Program-made: the position numbers and the translations under genes
Shown: positions 21,807-34,062 of the stretch, in pieces
Layout: each line of letters starts with the position of its first letter
How positions within the stretch are numbered: the first letter of the stretch is position 1
The notes under the pieces: model-generated
Told to the model about the DNA's origin: nothing
Database searches by the model: none
What the model saw: the letters and a program-made list of their open reading frames with translations, nothing else
DNA from: Paraspadella gotoi
Lineage: Eukaryota; Animalia; Chaetognatha
Direction of reading: 5' to 3'
NCBI GenBank assembly: GCA_051294375.1
Contig: CM119267.1
Span: forward strand, 14,315,694 to 14,379,693
Length of the DNA: 64,000 bases

Positions 21807-24800
21807 CTTTTTATATCTTCTAGTTCTCTCAAAAAATTTTTTTTCTCCTTATTTTACTAGAGCCAAACTTCGTCAATGGGGTGGGTCAGAAGTTTGATTT
21901 GGGAACCTTTCCAAATGAAACTTCATACATTTCTGAGAAAACTTTCAATGGAGCAAAATTTTCTAAAATGGCAAGAAGCATTAGTAATTAATTTTTTAAT
22001 ATTTATTTATAGATAGGAAATGTGAAAAATTTTTTTTTGAATTTTTTATTTTTAAAAGCAGATTCAAATAGCTTATGAAAAGTTATCTACACAAAGTATA
22101 ATTCTTTTTTCAATATTTTGATGATAAGTGGGTTTAAATTGAGAAAAACCTTAAAAAATCATCATCATCATCATCATCCAATGATTTTAGCAGTTTTTAC
22201 TAATTTTTAGTAATAAAACATCAAAATTTTAAAAAGTTGTAATTATATTTTTTGCTTAACTTTTTAAGCTCTATCAGAATCAATTAAAAAAACTTAAAAT
22301 ATCCAAAAAAAATTTTTGACATTATATAGCAATATAATAATATTAAATAGCGAATTACTCATGGTTCGGAACATTTTTGTAAAAAAATATTTTAACACAA
22401 TAATTAATACCAATAATGGATTAGTTTAATGCTGTTCCCATTAAAATTTGAATTTGGTCGGCTACCGCTAATTTTACTAAATCGATTTTCAATGAAACTT
22501 TTTGAATTAGTTCATTGGGTTGTTGCACTGAAGCTTTTAAATATTTATTAATATATAACAAATGACAATACTTTTTTTTTGAAATTTTATTTTTTTAAAA
22601 ACGGATTCCTATAGAGCTTAAAAAGTTGAATACATTTTTTTTTAAATTTTGACAATAAATTGGTTAAAAATAGAAAAAACCTTAAAAAATCATCATTGAC
22701 TGAATTTTATAATTTTTTAAAATTTTCATTAATAAAACAAAAAAAATTTTAAAAGTTGTATTAATAACCTTTATCTAACTTTTAAAGCTCTATCAGAATC
22801 TATTAAAAAAAATTGAAAAATTCACAAAAACTTTTAAACTTTATATAGTAATAAAATAATATTTAAATGCTTCCGTGCGCTTATCAATAAGCTAAATTTT
22901 AAAAATTATTTTTATATTCTTTAACAGTCACTTAACCATTATTTATTTGAGAGAACTACTAGTTTCAAACCTGTTCCGGCCACTAATAGTGGTATGTCTT
23001 CTCTTTAATTTCTTCTAATTTCAGATTTTCATAACCATCCAAATTAAACTTATTTAAACTTCTATAAGGTAAGTAAAACAAACTTTTAAGAGGTTTTTAA
23101 GGAATAGCTTAAATCGTCAAATACTTTATGTATTTTTTGCTGACTTGACCCTTTTATCATGCATTCTGAAATCTGATATGATTACTCTACATATCTGACA
23201 ATATCATTATTAAATTTTTAAATTAAGGTCAGTTTTAATTTATTATAATAGTAACTTACCCGAATCTTACTTACCTTAACTTTTTTTGACAAAAATGTAA
23301 TGTATACCATGCTAAAAGTATTCTTATACTATAAATAAGCATTTTCATTAATAATTTTATCTGGCATGTTTTTAGAATGGGATTAAACAATAAGTAGTCA
23401 AACATTTTTCTTCCAAACCGCGCGGAGAAAACAGAGCAGTTGCTTTTGCTTCATCAAAATAAGCATTATATAAAAAAAATTTCATAACAATTAATATATC
23501 GGATAAAAGCGAAGAAAGAGCATAATTTTAATCTTTATTCAGATTTCGAAAACCATTAAGTTTTAGCGTAATGATTTTTTAAATTTTGTCTCGATATATG
23601 GTCCCACCCCTGTATATGAACTGAAACAGCAGATTTAAGTATATTTGTTTATTTAAGTCTATTTGTTATGATTACTTAGTAAATTATTTTCCAGCTATTT
23701 TTCCTTTACTTTTCTCTTTTATATTTGTATTTTATTTCATAATTGTAAAAGTGTATAATCATAGGAAGCTAAAAATTTAGATATAGCTTCTCAACATCAA
23801 GATCTTTTAAAATCACATATTTCATATAGGTTCATTTCTTTTCATTATGGTTTACTTGCAATATGCAAATTAGAATATCGTGTCTACTGCAATATGTAAA
23901 TTAGTATATAGTACTGTATTCTAATTTGTACATTGTAATATGCAAATAGTATATCGTATGATATTCTAATTCTAATTCAAAAAATATTTGAATCGATATG
24001 AAACATCATTTTTAAAGATCTTGATGATGAGAAGCTATATCTAAATTTGAATACAAATAAAAATACACACTTTTATAACTTCCAATTGTAAACAATTGTA
24101 ACAATTTCCAATTATTATCTTTTTGTTATTTTATTTCTTTAAATTATATATATTTCTTTTTCAGTCGCTGCCTCTGCAGCGGCTCGACTTCTTTTTTTTT
24201 CCTACACTCATACACACATTTTTTTATGAAAGTTGTAAATTTACTTGTTTTACTATTTTTTTTTTTAGATTTAAAATAACTATTGTTTATTTTTTTATTT
24301 ATTTTTTAAAATATTTTTGTATTATTTTATTTACGCTGAATGACTCATTGGGTCAATCAATCATTTGGTTATCATTGCATCAATTATTTGGTTATCATCG
24401 CATCAATAATCAATTATTATTAAATCAATCAATTATTATTATTATTATTATATCAATAATTTATTTTTTCTGTTTTTTTAATTAATTTTCTTTGATAGTA
24501 ACGTCTGGCGAGATCACTATACTTTTAATGTGAATTCAGAATAAATTTTTATTCACTAAAATGTTTTTTAATTTTTAAGATCAAGATATGTTTCTCAATC
24601 TGCAATTTTTTTTTTGCTTGTTAATCAAGTTTTAGTTGCGCCGCGAGTACTCGGCGCAGCAACTCTATAAGTTGCTTTTCGGTCGGTCGGTATGTCTGTC
24701 CGTCGGTCTGTCCCATTTTTGTTAAAAACGCTTATAATTTGCCTATAGTTGCTCATTTGTTAAAAATCAAATCTAAGCGACTACTGGCACCGCCTTTTGT

Positions 24801-26322
24801 TTTTAAAGAAATCTTATATACTATAAGTAATAAATAATATGATAAGTAAAAAGAAAAGTAATGCGGCGCAACACCTTGGAATAACCATTCCTTGTTTTGT
24901 GACCACAATCTGTTCCCACAAACTACTCGATATAATTTTATGAAATTTTACAATATAAATGGAACTATCGAGGCGAATTTTGATATTCAACCCCTGACAA
25001 GACATACAGGGCCTTGGGGGTGGACTCCTGGGGGGTTAAAAAAAGTTTAAAAAATGTTTTTGATTTTTAAAATTTTTTAGTACCACATTGACATTTTAAA
25101 CAGATAAAAAAATATTTTAGAACTAAAATTGATAAATTTAAATAATTAAGCATGGTTTGAAGATGTATGGTTCGTTTTATTTCCAATTTTCTCAAATTAT
25201 TCAAAATCTGACTTAAACTGCTGATGTTCATGAAGTTGAAAATTAAAGTAAACTAATATTTTGGTGGTAATAAATATGTTTTTGTGGAAGAGGAAACGAC
25301 TATGCAACTTTTCAAAACAGAAATAATAAAAAAAATTTTAAAAGATTTTGACAAAATTTTGCCCCTATTGGTGACCCCTCTGCTCAGGGGTAAAATATTA
25401 AAATTCGCCTCGATAGTTCTGTGGATAAGGCGCTAAGTGGGGCTGAAGAGCAGCCATAGAACGGGTCCTGGGCTTGGAACCAGGCTTGAGGGTTTTCCAC
25501 GCCCCCAAGGTGGCTTACCTAGAGGTCATGAGCTGATGGCTTTACTCAATGAGCCACCGGGTCATGACTGAAGGTGTCGTGCTTATAGGCGGGGTGAACC
25601 TAGGCAATGCCCGACTACAGTTCTATTTGTATTCACATCGGAATCGTTCATTCCAAATTTTAAAAAAATTAGGTCCAGTAGTTTTCTCGGAACATGTTCT
25701 TCATTTTATAATATGAAACCTTCTGTAAGTCACTTGTCGGTCGGTATGTCTGTCCGTCGGTCTGACCCACTTACGTTACAAATACTTATAATTCGCTTAT
25801 ATTTGGTTGCTCATTTGTTAAGACAGGAAAAAACGTCAAATCTAAGTGACTGCAAGCGCCGCCTTCAGGAAATCATAAAACTATAAAGTACAAAAGCAGT
25901 ACATGTCATATATACACAGGCTGTGATCATAAGAAAATTCACGTGAAAATAAAGTCACTGCGACGCAACACATAGGATGAACCCATCTTGTAATTTGGGC
26001 ATAGGTCATCTGCGATCGAATCGTCGATCATTTTTGCGGAAAAAATCTAATGACTCATCAGTATGACCGGGTGAAGATTCACGCCACTATCATGAACACA
26101 CTTTTTCGTCGTGACAACAGTGGTACCGACGCACCATCTTTACGCGGCGACGAGAGAATAGCCGTACGAAAAGATCGGGAGTCGTTTGACGCCCAAAAAC
26201 TATTAAAACTTTTCGCTGAACAAGATTTTGGGGAACATACAATCTCTGAAATTCATTTGTCAACCCGATACTCGACGGCGTCGGACGGTTATTATTTACC
26301 TGCTGCGAAGTTTAAGTTGTAA
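20475..26322 (+). CDS. ASCC1: Activating signal cointegrator 1 complex subunit 1 (KH plus 2H-phosphoesterase domains)
   Basis: MDVLRPPLI....CYRKNP start, KH motif FLIGARG, HLT and HAT motifs. Exons 20475-20615, 20755-21104, 21170-21446, 26005-26322; the last intron is about 4.56 kb and filled with TEs. Confidence 0.93.
21480..23612. mobile_element. Non-autonomous Tc1/mariner-type DNA transposon, about 2.1 kb
   Basis: Perfect 29-bp TIR caggggtgggaccatatatcgagacaaaa (21480-21508; reverse complement at 23584-23612), flanked by TA on both sides. No ORF; contains (TA)n and internal copies of another AT-rich repeat. Confidence 0.9.
23773..24048. mobile_element. MITE-like element, about 275 bp
   Basis: About 40-bp near-perfect inverted ends: aaatttagatatagcttctcaacatcaagatct vs agatcttgatgatgagaagctatatctaaattt. 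Confidence 0.7.
24630..24895 (+). mobile_element. Short non-autonomous Helentron/DINE-1-like element (second copy at ~25725-25991)
   Basis: T-rich start ttttagttgcg, gtcggtcggtatgtctgtccgtcggtctg microsatellite-like core shared by both copies, and a gcgNcgcaac sub-terminal inverted repeat near the 3' end. Confidence 0.55.
24896..25700. mobile_element. Long-inverted-repeat non-autonomous element; related arms at ~38860-38960 and ~41340-41465
   Basis: gaactatcgaggcgaattttgatatt..cccctga (~24962) is inverted relative to tcagggg..aatattaaaattcgcctcgatagttc (~25384-25419). Shared gtagtt..tgggaacag...tggtcacaaaa end motif. Confidence 0.6.
25420..25619. mobile_element. Solo LTR (200 bp), probably Ty3/gypsy-type
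   Basis: GC-rich island with termini TGTGG...CTACA and a 4-bp target-site duplication GTTC (25416-19 and 25620-23). Removing it restores the host element arm. Confidence 0.75.
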
Positions 26323-26468
26323 CTCTAAACTTATTATTTTTTAATGTTTATTTATTTGGCCTAATTTCTAAAAATAAGTAAGGGCTATTTAAAAAAAAAA
26401 ATTCACCCCTCTTTTTCTTTGTACCTAATTTAGATACAGTCCAAATCGAATAATACTAACGAAAAATC

Positions 26469-28598
26469 ATGATGAATATTTTCGGTCCTGCGCGAGCTCC
26501 TGAACCAGAGTCCGAAGAGACTGAGCCTCAACCGGGTCCTTCTTGGCTCGGGTATTCCGCCGAGGAAGAATCCAATTCTCTTACCATCGATCTCGGTGAA
26601 GACGGGGAACGAACCGCATCGCGTGCGCCATCGTCTATTAGCGGAGCCGCGCCGTCCCTGTCGGCGAGACCTTCGTCTCCGAGGTCTCACGAACCTCATG
26701 TCGATCGTTCCCTTCAGCGTGTCAACTCTCTGACAAAGGTTCAGGCTTCCAAGAGCACCAACAAAATTATTTTAGACGGTCACGATAACGGGTACTTGGC
26801 GGTTGTTCCTCCGGATTTGGATCGAGATTTGGTAACGTTGCCAAGTTTTCTTTCGTTTTCTTACCAGATAATTTGATCTTTGATCTTTCGATAGATGAAG
26901 TACGCGGTGCCAGCTCGCGACGGAATTATCGGTCCTCGACCAATTAAAGCTTCCATGCTTTTCGAATTCGACTACCGTCCTAAAATATCCAGTCTTTTAC
27001 CTCACGAGAGTCACAAAGAAATCAGCGCTCGTCTCAACATCGCTTGGAAAAGCATTTCTCAAGACATCCTTCGTCTTTACAAAGACCTGGCAAAAAAGGT
27101 GGAGCAGAGGCTCCGGGTCACTTCCGTCGGCGTCGTCTACAAACGAAAGGGCGCTGACAGAGGGAGGCGAAACTCGCGCGAGCCTCCCCACAACAGCGGG
27201 TTGCGTCGCTGCAATTGTCGACCAGATTGTCCCAAATACAAAATTATTCAGGGATCGGATCTTGAGCAAAAGTGGTTGGCCAAGTTTCGCGGGATTCAGG
27301 AAAACGTTGCGGAGCGCGAGACCCCGATGATTACGGGCGATGGGGCTGCGGCTCAGGCCTGTCCTTCGAACGACGCTTCCTTTGCCTCTCTCAATTCCCA
27401 ACCGACGGAGATTCAGACGAGGTCCAGTTTGACCGAACATCCCTTACAGCCTTTTTCGCACTTTAATATTCAACCATTGCTTCACAGTAGGCAAGATGGT
27501 CCAGCCGTTTCTGAGGCAACCCCGAGCAACAACGCAGTTTCCGATGAGGCCGTGGCGCAGGATATCACCCTCACAGCAGCTAACGACGCCGGTATCGACA
27601 TTGAATCGGAAATGGCCATGAATGTGACGATGCCCAAAACGCCGGGGCTTGTAACAGATCAGAGTGTCTATTATTCCATGACGATGGATCAAAACCTTGG
27701 CTATCAAGGATTTCCACCTTTTGTGGACCCTACTAACCTTCAGCAGTTGGCGCAGTTTGGGGGGAGTTACATATTCCCTGACGGCACCATCGTCAACGCG
27801 CAGGGGGAACCAATTGCTCTCACTTTGCCGCCAAGCCAGTTTGTCCCCTTGTCGCAGCAAGTGTCCGAGACGCCATCCTCTGACGCTCAGGAGCCCGCCA
27901 CCGATCAGGTCGTCCAATTACAAGAGTCGCAGTTAAACAGAAAACGAGACGAAAATGCCTTCTCTGGGGAGGTTCTTGATAGCGTGGGCACAGATGACTG
28001 CGACGTCGGCCAGCAGACGTTGCCCGAACTGAATTTGGTCACGGACGGAATTGTGGAGAAATCGTATAAGGCCGATACGGATGCTTTGGAGGTCAACTCG
28101 GCGATTCAAGGGAACGCCTTGTATTTCGACACTGCGTTGTCAGAAGTTATATTGGCCGAAACTGAATCGTTTTCTACTTCGCGCGAAGAGTTTAAAGCCG
28201 AAACTCCCAGAAACGACAAACTCGACGATCTGCCCGAAAAGGGGTTAGATTTTGTGTCCGACTTGCCCCAAGTGGATGTCGTGGTGGCGGAAATCGTCGA
28301 GGCACCAACGGGTGAAGCTTCGGCCAACGAAACCGTTCCGCTGGAGGAGGCAGCGAAACCGGGGGAGGAATTGGAGGAAGGCGCCGAGATTCTGGTCGCG
28401 GATGAGTCGATTCGAAACGAAATCAAATTTCGGAGTTCCTCGCCGCAAATCAACGCAGAAATCACCGAGGCGAGAAAGAACGAGTTGCAGAATCAAGAGC
28501 TGATAGAAGCGAGCGTCTGGGATGAAGGGGCTTGCTTCGAGGAAGCCGAAGCTAACGTCATCGAAAACATTCAACAAGACAGTCTGCGCAGTGATTAA
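26469..28598 (+). CDS. HMG-box protein (divergent Sox/TCF-class box) with long acidic C-terminus
   Basis: Exons 26469-26831 and 26895-28598 in phase 0. PRPIKASMLFEFDYRPKISSLLPHESHKEISARLNIAWKSISQDILRLYKDLAKK. Acceptor ends at 26433. Confidence 0.75.
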
Positions 28599-28870
28599 TC
28601 TTTGCCTTGGGTCGAAAGTTTCTTTTGTTCTTTTCAATCAAATTGATTTGTCTCCCGTAATTTACTCAGAAATAACAGTTAGTCCTCAGTTAAATATTCC
28701 TTTAGATATTTCGGTAATGATTTTATAAGACAAACCTACGTGTTGGTTGTATAATTTTAGTGAATTAGATTTGTTAATCCGCTATAAAGCAAATATGCAT
28801 TTTATTTTGATTTTTATCCAGCATACGATTCATCATGAAAAAACTCTGTAGTTGGGACTAGAAAGAAAAA

Positions 28871-30309
28871 ATGCTGACAAATTTTGAAAGTTTGTCCCCG
28901 TCTTCCCCGAAAAAAATGCGTTTGGAGTTCGTCGATTCCACTTCCGAGGAATTACCGACCGCACAGGTCGAAACTTTTAAATCGTCCTCCCGCGCGTCGC
29001 AACCAACATCAAAGAGCTTTTTGCCAGTTTCAATACCCAATCGAGTTGTGGCCATTTTGCCGCCGCGGTACTATCGTCCCGTGACGACGACCAAGGTTTT
29101 GGCGGCAAAGATTCTTGACAAAACCAAATTGAATCTTCTCCTACAAGCAGCCTGCAAGACTTTACGACTGAGCGACAACCTTTCTCATTTGAAACGGTAG
29201 TACGAACGTAACCTTACAATAATAAGAAAAAAAAATATCCTTGATTAATTTTTTTTTCCAGAGTAAAGTCTATCAATGTAAATGATAACGGGAAGCCTGA
29301 ACTTCATTTAATCGTTAGTGACGTCAAAAGTGTCGAGTTTGACGATGCAGGACAGTAAGTGTTGTACGTTCTTGAAAAATATTTGAAAACAAATTCTATC
29401 ATGTTTCTTCCCCACCAACAAAGTGAGCATCTGCTCNNNNNNNNNNAACCATAAATTATTTTTTTCGCTTATCTCATAATTCGACTTATTTTCAGTCTGG
29501 TCGACTATGCTCAACAACTTTTCTCCCGATCCCTGGAACTCTTGAAAAAAGATAATCCTGAAATCGAACCTTATTTGGCGTTCATTGGAGAACCTTATTT
29601 TACCGACGTTTCTGACAGGCCTCCTTTAACTCGTCACTACTACGAACGAGCGCGAACCCTGTGGCCTTGTACTTTTCACGAGGACAAAAGAATCGCCTCT
29701 CTTATCGATGGAAGTTTCTTCTCTTCCATGAAACTCGACATAATCCGCCGTTATATGCGCGACGCAGTTTTATTCTCACGACGCGCCGCGCTTTTTTACG
29801 AGGTCGAAGATCTGACCGCCTGTCTGATGGTTGACAATTATGACGGGCGCGTCGTGGCTCGCGCCCACGATCTCACGGGACTCGGGTCCACTCAGAAGAA
29901 AGAACCATTCGACGAAGATACTAAAACTACAAAAATACTTCCCTATTATCACGCGCCGATGATAGGGATCGATTTAGTCGCTCAGAGTCAAGGCGGTGGA
30001 GCGTACAATCTTGGCGTTGAGGAGTTTCCGCTGTTATTTATCGCTCCGGACAATGCCGCTGAGAAAGGGGAAGAAAAAAGACAAAAAACTGACAATGAAG
30101 AAGACGGCTCAAGCTACCTTTGCACCGGATATGACGTTTACCTCACGACGGAGCCTTGTTTGATGTGCGCAATGTCTCTCATGCATTCGCGTATCAGAAG
30201 ACTTTTTTACCTTAGACCCATAAGTGATGGGGCGCTGGGGTCAAAATTTTTCATCCACGCGATGGATTCGTTAAATCATCACTTCGAAGTCTTTCGACTG
30301 GAGGATTGA
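28871..30309 (+). CDS. ADAT3: tRNA-specific adenosine deaminase non-catalytic subunit ADAT3/Tad3
   Basis: LSHLKR, WPCTFHEDK, HAPM in place of HAE, YLCTGYDVYLTTEPCLMCAMSLMHSRIRRLFY, LNHHFEVF. Exons 28871-29196, 29262-29354, 29496-30309. Confidence 0.93.
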
Positions 30310-30663
30310 AGTAGAAATATACTATGAAATTAAATTCAACTGGGGCGGGGGTTCAAAACTTTAGTCTTGATGTCTAATTTCAGATAAAAAAAAATTTCTT
30401 TAAAAAAGTTCGATTTTAATGGTTTTAAAAATTACTATATGCTATCAAAATTAGACATCGTTATTTCCTTTCGTTTCGCTATCAAAATTACAATATTACG
30501 ATATAATGATAAAAAAAATTTTAATCAATGTTTGATGGATTCTGATAAAGCATAAAAAGTTAAATAAAAAATATAACTACAACTTTCAAAAATTCTTATG
30601 TTTTCTTGGTCAAAATTAAGAATAAGTAATAAAATTATCGATATATGATGATGATGATTACTA

Positions 30664-31283
30664 TTAATAGGGGTAGCCCCACTCAATGGGGTGGGTCCAA
30701 AATTTAGAATGATTACATGCTCAAACGAAAATTTATACATTTTTAAATAAACTTTAAATGGACAAAACATTTCTCATATGGCTCTATACCCAAATAATTA
30801 TTTTTTAATATTTATTTATAGATAGGAAAGGCCAAAAATTTTTTTTAGAATTTTTTAATTTTAAGACCAGATTCAGGATGCTCATAAAAAGTTATCTACA
30901 CCAAGTATAATTTTTTAAAAATATTTTTATGATAAGTGAGTCAAAAATAAGAAAACCGTAGCAAGTTGTCACAATCATCATCTTTCAATGATTTTATCAT
31001 TTTTTTTATATTCTCACTAAGAAAACGTAGGAATTTTTAAAAGCTATAATTATATTTCTTGTTTAACTTTTTATGCTCTATCAGAATCCATCAAAAATTT
31101 AAGATTTAAAAAAAAATTTTTATAATGAGAAAAAAGACCAGTAATATTTAATGTATTAATCAAGACGTATAATGTAAATTTTTTTTGAAAATGATTGCTT
31201 AAATTATAAATATTTAGTCAACTAAAAAAAATTTGCTATTAGTCGAAATTTTATATTATCTCCGGAGTTAGTCCCTACTATTA
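30664..31283. mobile_element. AT-rich MITE-like repeat in the ADAT3-GTF3C5 spacer
   Basis: Shares caatggggtgggtc, aaagttatctacac.aagtataat and gctctatcagaatc with ~21870-22330 and 22570-22860, and in reverse with ~43210-43320 and 43840-44000. Imperfect inverted ends. Confidence 0.65.
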
Positions 31284-31428
31284 AAAAAAAACTTAAATAA
31301 TGTTTTAGCCTTTCTTATTTATAAATAAAGAGCGAAAAAGTTGTTTTAGTTTTATTTTAAACAGTTTTAAAAATTTATTTTGTTTATTTTGTTTATTTTG
31401 ATCGTTAATATTATTTTAGATTTTTAAA

Positions 31429-33219
31429 ATGGCGTTTATACCCTTCGACTCCTCGAAGAAATTCGTCTGCGTCGAGTACCCAGGCATCGTCAAAAATACG
31501 GACAAACTGCTCCAAACACTTGGGGGAATAGAAACCATTTCAAAGACTCACGCTGACTCTTCACGCCGCTTGGAGCTGAGACTGAGACCCAACGACGTGT
31601 ATTGCAAACCAGCTTGCGCGGATCGATGTTCCACCAACAACGTTCTTTTGCGCGTACGTCGTAAAAAGCCCAAACCGGGCAGTGATAGCGACTTGGGGTC
31701 CAACGATCCCCTCCAATGCGCCATCGTCGGCGTCGTCGACACCACCTACAAATTCAAGTCCATGTGCGACTTCCAATATCTTCCGGCCACTTCCATCCTG
31801 AAGCGCGTTCTTCCCACCGACTCTTTCTCTCATTCAGCTTTAGAAGCGGCGGAGAGGCGCGAATGGAAATCTTTGACGAGCGAGTTGGTGGTGGACAAAA
31901 TCGAGAACTCGACCTGGCTCGAAAAGCCATCTCCTCTTTTCCTTCCGCCCCCGATCTTCTCTAGACAAGACACTCCAGTGGAGTATCTCTACCGACCAGA
32001 ACCCAAGCATCGAAACCCGAAAACCAAACAAGACTCACGGGCGGGTTCTTCGTCCACCGCTCCCAAAGCTCCGTGGAACGATGTCGACGGAAAAGACTTG
32101 AGCGCCTCAAAGGAGCACGTGACGCCTCATACGAATTTGATAGGGGTGGCCAGGCAGCGTCGCGCGGCGTACACAATCTTCGTCAATTTCGATGACCCAG
32201 AAGTGCCCCAGAGGTAATTACATCATTATTTACGGGGGCTCCGAGACCCCAGGTTCCGTCAATTTCGTTTTTGTTTCAGACCCATTCCCGAAGCGGAGAA
32301 AGCGGCCGCGACCCGAATCCATGACGAACGTGACAAGCGACGTCTGGAAGACATCAGGCGTCTCTTCAATGAGCGTCCAATATGGAGCAAAAACGCGCTT
32401 AAGTGCAAAGTGGACGTTGCGCCGGACAAACTCAAACTTATTCTTCCCGTCGTTGCCTACTTTTTTATTACAGGCCCCTGGCGCTCTCTCTGGGTTCGAC
32501 TCGGATACGATCCTCGACAAGACCCAGCATCCAAAATGTACCAGCTGGTCGACTTCCGTATTCGTCAACGGTCTGCTGCAGACAAAATCTGCATCCGGTC
32601 TAAGCGAAGCACGTATAGTTACAATTTGCCAAACACCGTGCAAAAGGCCCAACCACCGGTTGTGAGGATTTTTCAGGAAGATCTCGAACTCAAATCGAGC
32701 GACCGCGACGCTTCGTCCTCCCCCGTAAAGGACGACGAAGTCAAAAAGAAATCCGACTCTATCTACGTTTTTCGCAAAGGAACGCTCCCTCCTTTCCGCC
32801 AGATGTTCTACCAACTCTGCGACATTGAGGACGAAGAAGTGCAGCAGCTGTTAACAATTAACGAGGGCAAAGAGATGGAGCGAGGCTGCACCGAAAAGGA
32901 CGGATGGTGCTTGGAAGGAATGCAAGACAAGGCGCGGGACATAATCAGCCAGAGGTTGAAGGAGACGTTAATGGAAACAACCGGGGAGGATGCAGGCGAA
33001 ACGGCTGAGGGGAGTTCTTCGAAACCTGCGCTGGTTGAATCGAAGATGATATCGACAGGGAAAGTTAAGAGAAGCAAATCCAGCAAAGAGGACCTTCTTG
33101 ACAGGACCGGCGACGACGATGACGCCGCCGAGATGGACTACGGAGATCTGGATCAATCTTCTGAAAGGGAGACGGCGATGGAGGAGGATGATGATGAGTG
33201 GTTGCCTGGACGCGTTTGA
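31429..33219 (+). CDS. GTF3C5: General transcription factor IIIC subunit 5 (tau95/Tfc1)
   Basis: CVEYPGIVKN..K.LQTLGG, FKSMCDFQYL, FLPPPIFSRQDTP, LFNERPIWSKNAL, YFFITGPWRSLWVRLGYDPR, GWC, acidic tail. Exons 31429-32213 and 32280-33219. Confidence 0.95.
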
Positions 33220-33273
33220 GATTAGATTTCATTTTCAATTTAATTTTTTTTTAGTTGTAAAAATCGATAAGTA

Positions 33274-33957
33274 ATGGCGCAGACAAAGCAAGGCAACAAA
33301 AAGAAGTCGGGTGTTTCGTTCAAAAACCTTTTATCGGGACCAAAGACATTTACGTGGTCTTCCTTTCCCGAAGACGCGCGAAATTCTGTTCTCGGCCAAC
33401 TAACTAGGACTTTGGAAAAAATCAAATTTGCGAAGCCAAAAAGCGATAAAAACGTCAAAAGAGATAAAAAGTGCGACGAGGACAAAGCGATAGAAAACAA
33501 GTCTTGGAATGAATTTCGTCCTTTTCTATTCATCGGCCTCAATCAATGCACACGTGCGCTGGAGAAAGACTGTGTCGATCTTTTGCTCGTCGACCAGTCG
33601 CCCAATCCGTCGTCGTTGACAGACCATTTGAAACCTCTCGTAGCCATCAGAGGCGTTCACGTGATTCGAATCGACGGAATTTCGGAAAAGTTGGCTGAAA
33701 CGATACGTATGAGATCCGTCATTGCCTTAGGTTTCTCCAAGGATTTACCGAGGAACGCTGAACTAGGAATTTTAAAAAACAATCTGTTAGGGAGAGCCAA
33801 GAAAATTAAGATTCCTTGGGCATACAGAATCTTTAATCATGCTGGTTCTGTACTAGAAGAAGGAAGTGAAAGCGACGTGAAGTACGAACAGCTTTTGGTA
33901 AAGAAGATTACGCCAAACGAAAAAAGACCGAAGAAGAAAAAGAAAAACAAAAAATGA
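33274..33957 (+). CDS. RPP38: RNase P/MRP subunit p38 (L7Ae domain)
   Basis: FIGLNQCTRALEKDCVDLLLVDQSPNPSSLTDHL, SVIALGF, I.IPW, Y..L.VKKITPN.KR plus Lys-rich tail. Confidence 0.88.
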   Translation: MAQTKQGNKKKSGVSFKNLLSGPKTFTWSSFPEDARNSVLGQLTRTLEKIKFAKPKSDKNVKRDKKCDEDKAIENKSWNEFRPFLFIGLNQCTRALEKDCVDLLLVDQSPNPSSLTDHLKPLVAIRGVHVIRIDGISEKLAETIRMRSVIALGFSKDLPRNAELGILKNNLLGRAKKIKIPWAYRIFNHAGSVLEEGSESDVKYEQLLVKKITPNEKRPKKKKKNKK

Positions 33958-34062
33958 TATTTATTTATTGATGTTTATTATTTTGATATTCGCACTGTAA
34001 CTACTTCCTCTTATACACTAGTTTGCATTTCGCTGAATATGATTGATTTTTTTTCAGGCACC

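Noticed and set aside
25420-25619. Structured GC-rich island with ctgaagag/ctgatg, considered as a hammerhead ribozyme or snRNA
   Set aside because: No correctly placed GAAA or stem I pairing, and no match to U1 or SRP as I recall them. TG...CA ends with a 4-bp TSD explain it as a solo LTR.
412-33542. Many minus-strand and alternate-frame ORFs overlapping the main genes (e.g. 26997-27440, 32230-32814)
   Set aside because: Shadow ORFs of GC-rich exons, with no motifs or splice and start signals of their own.
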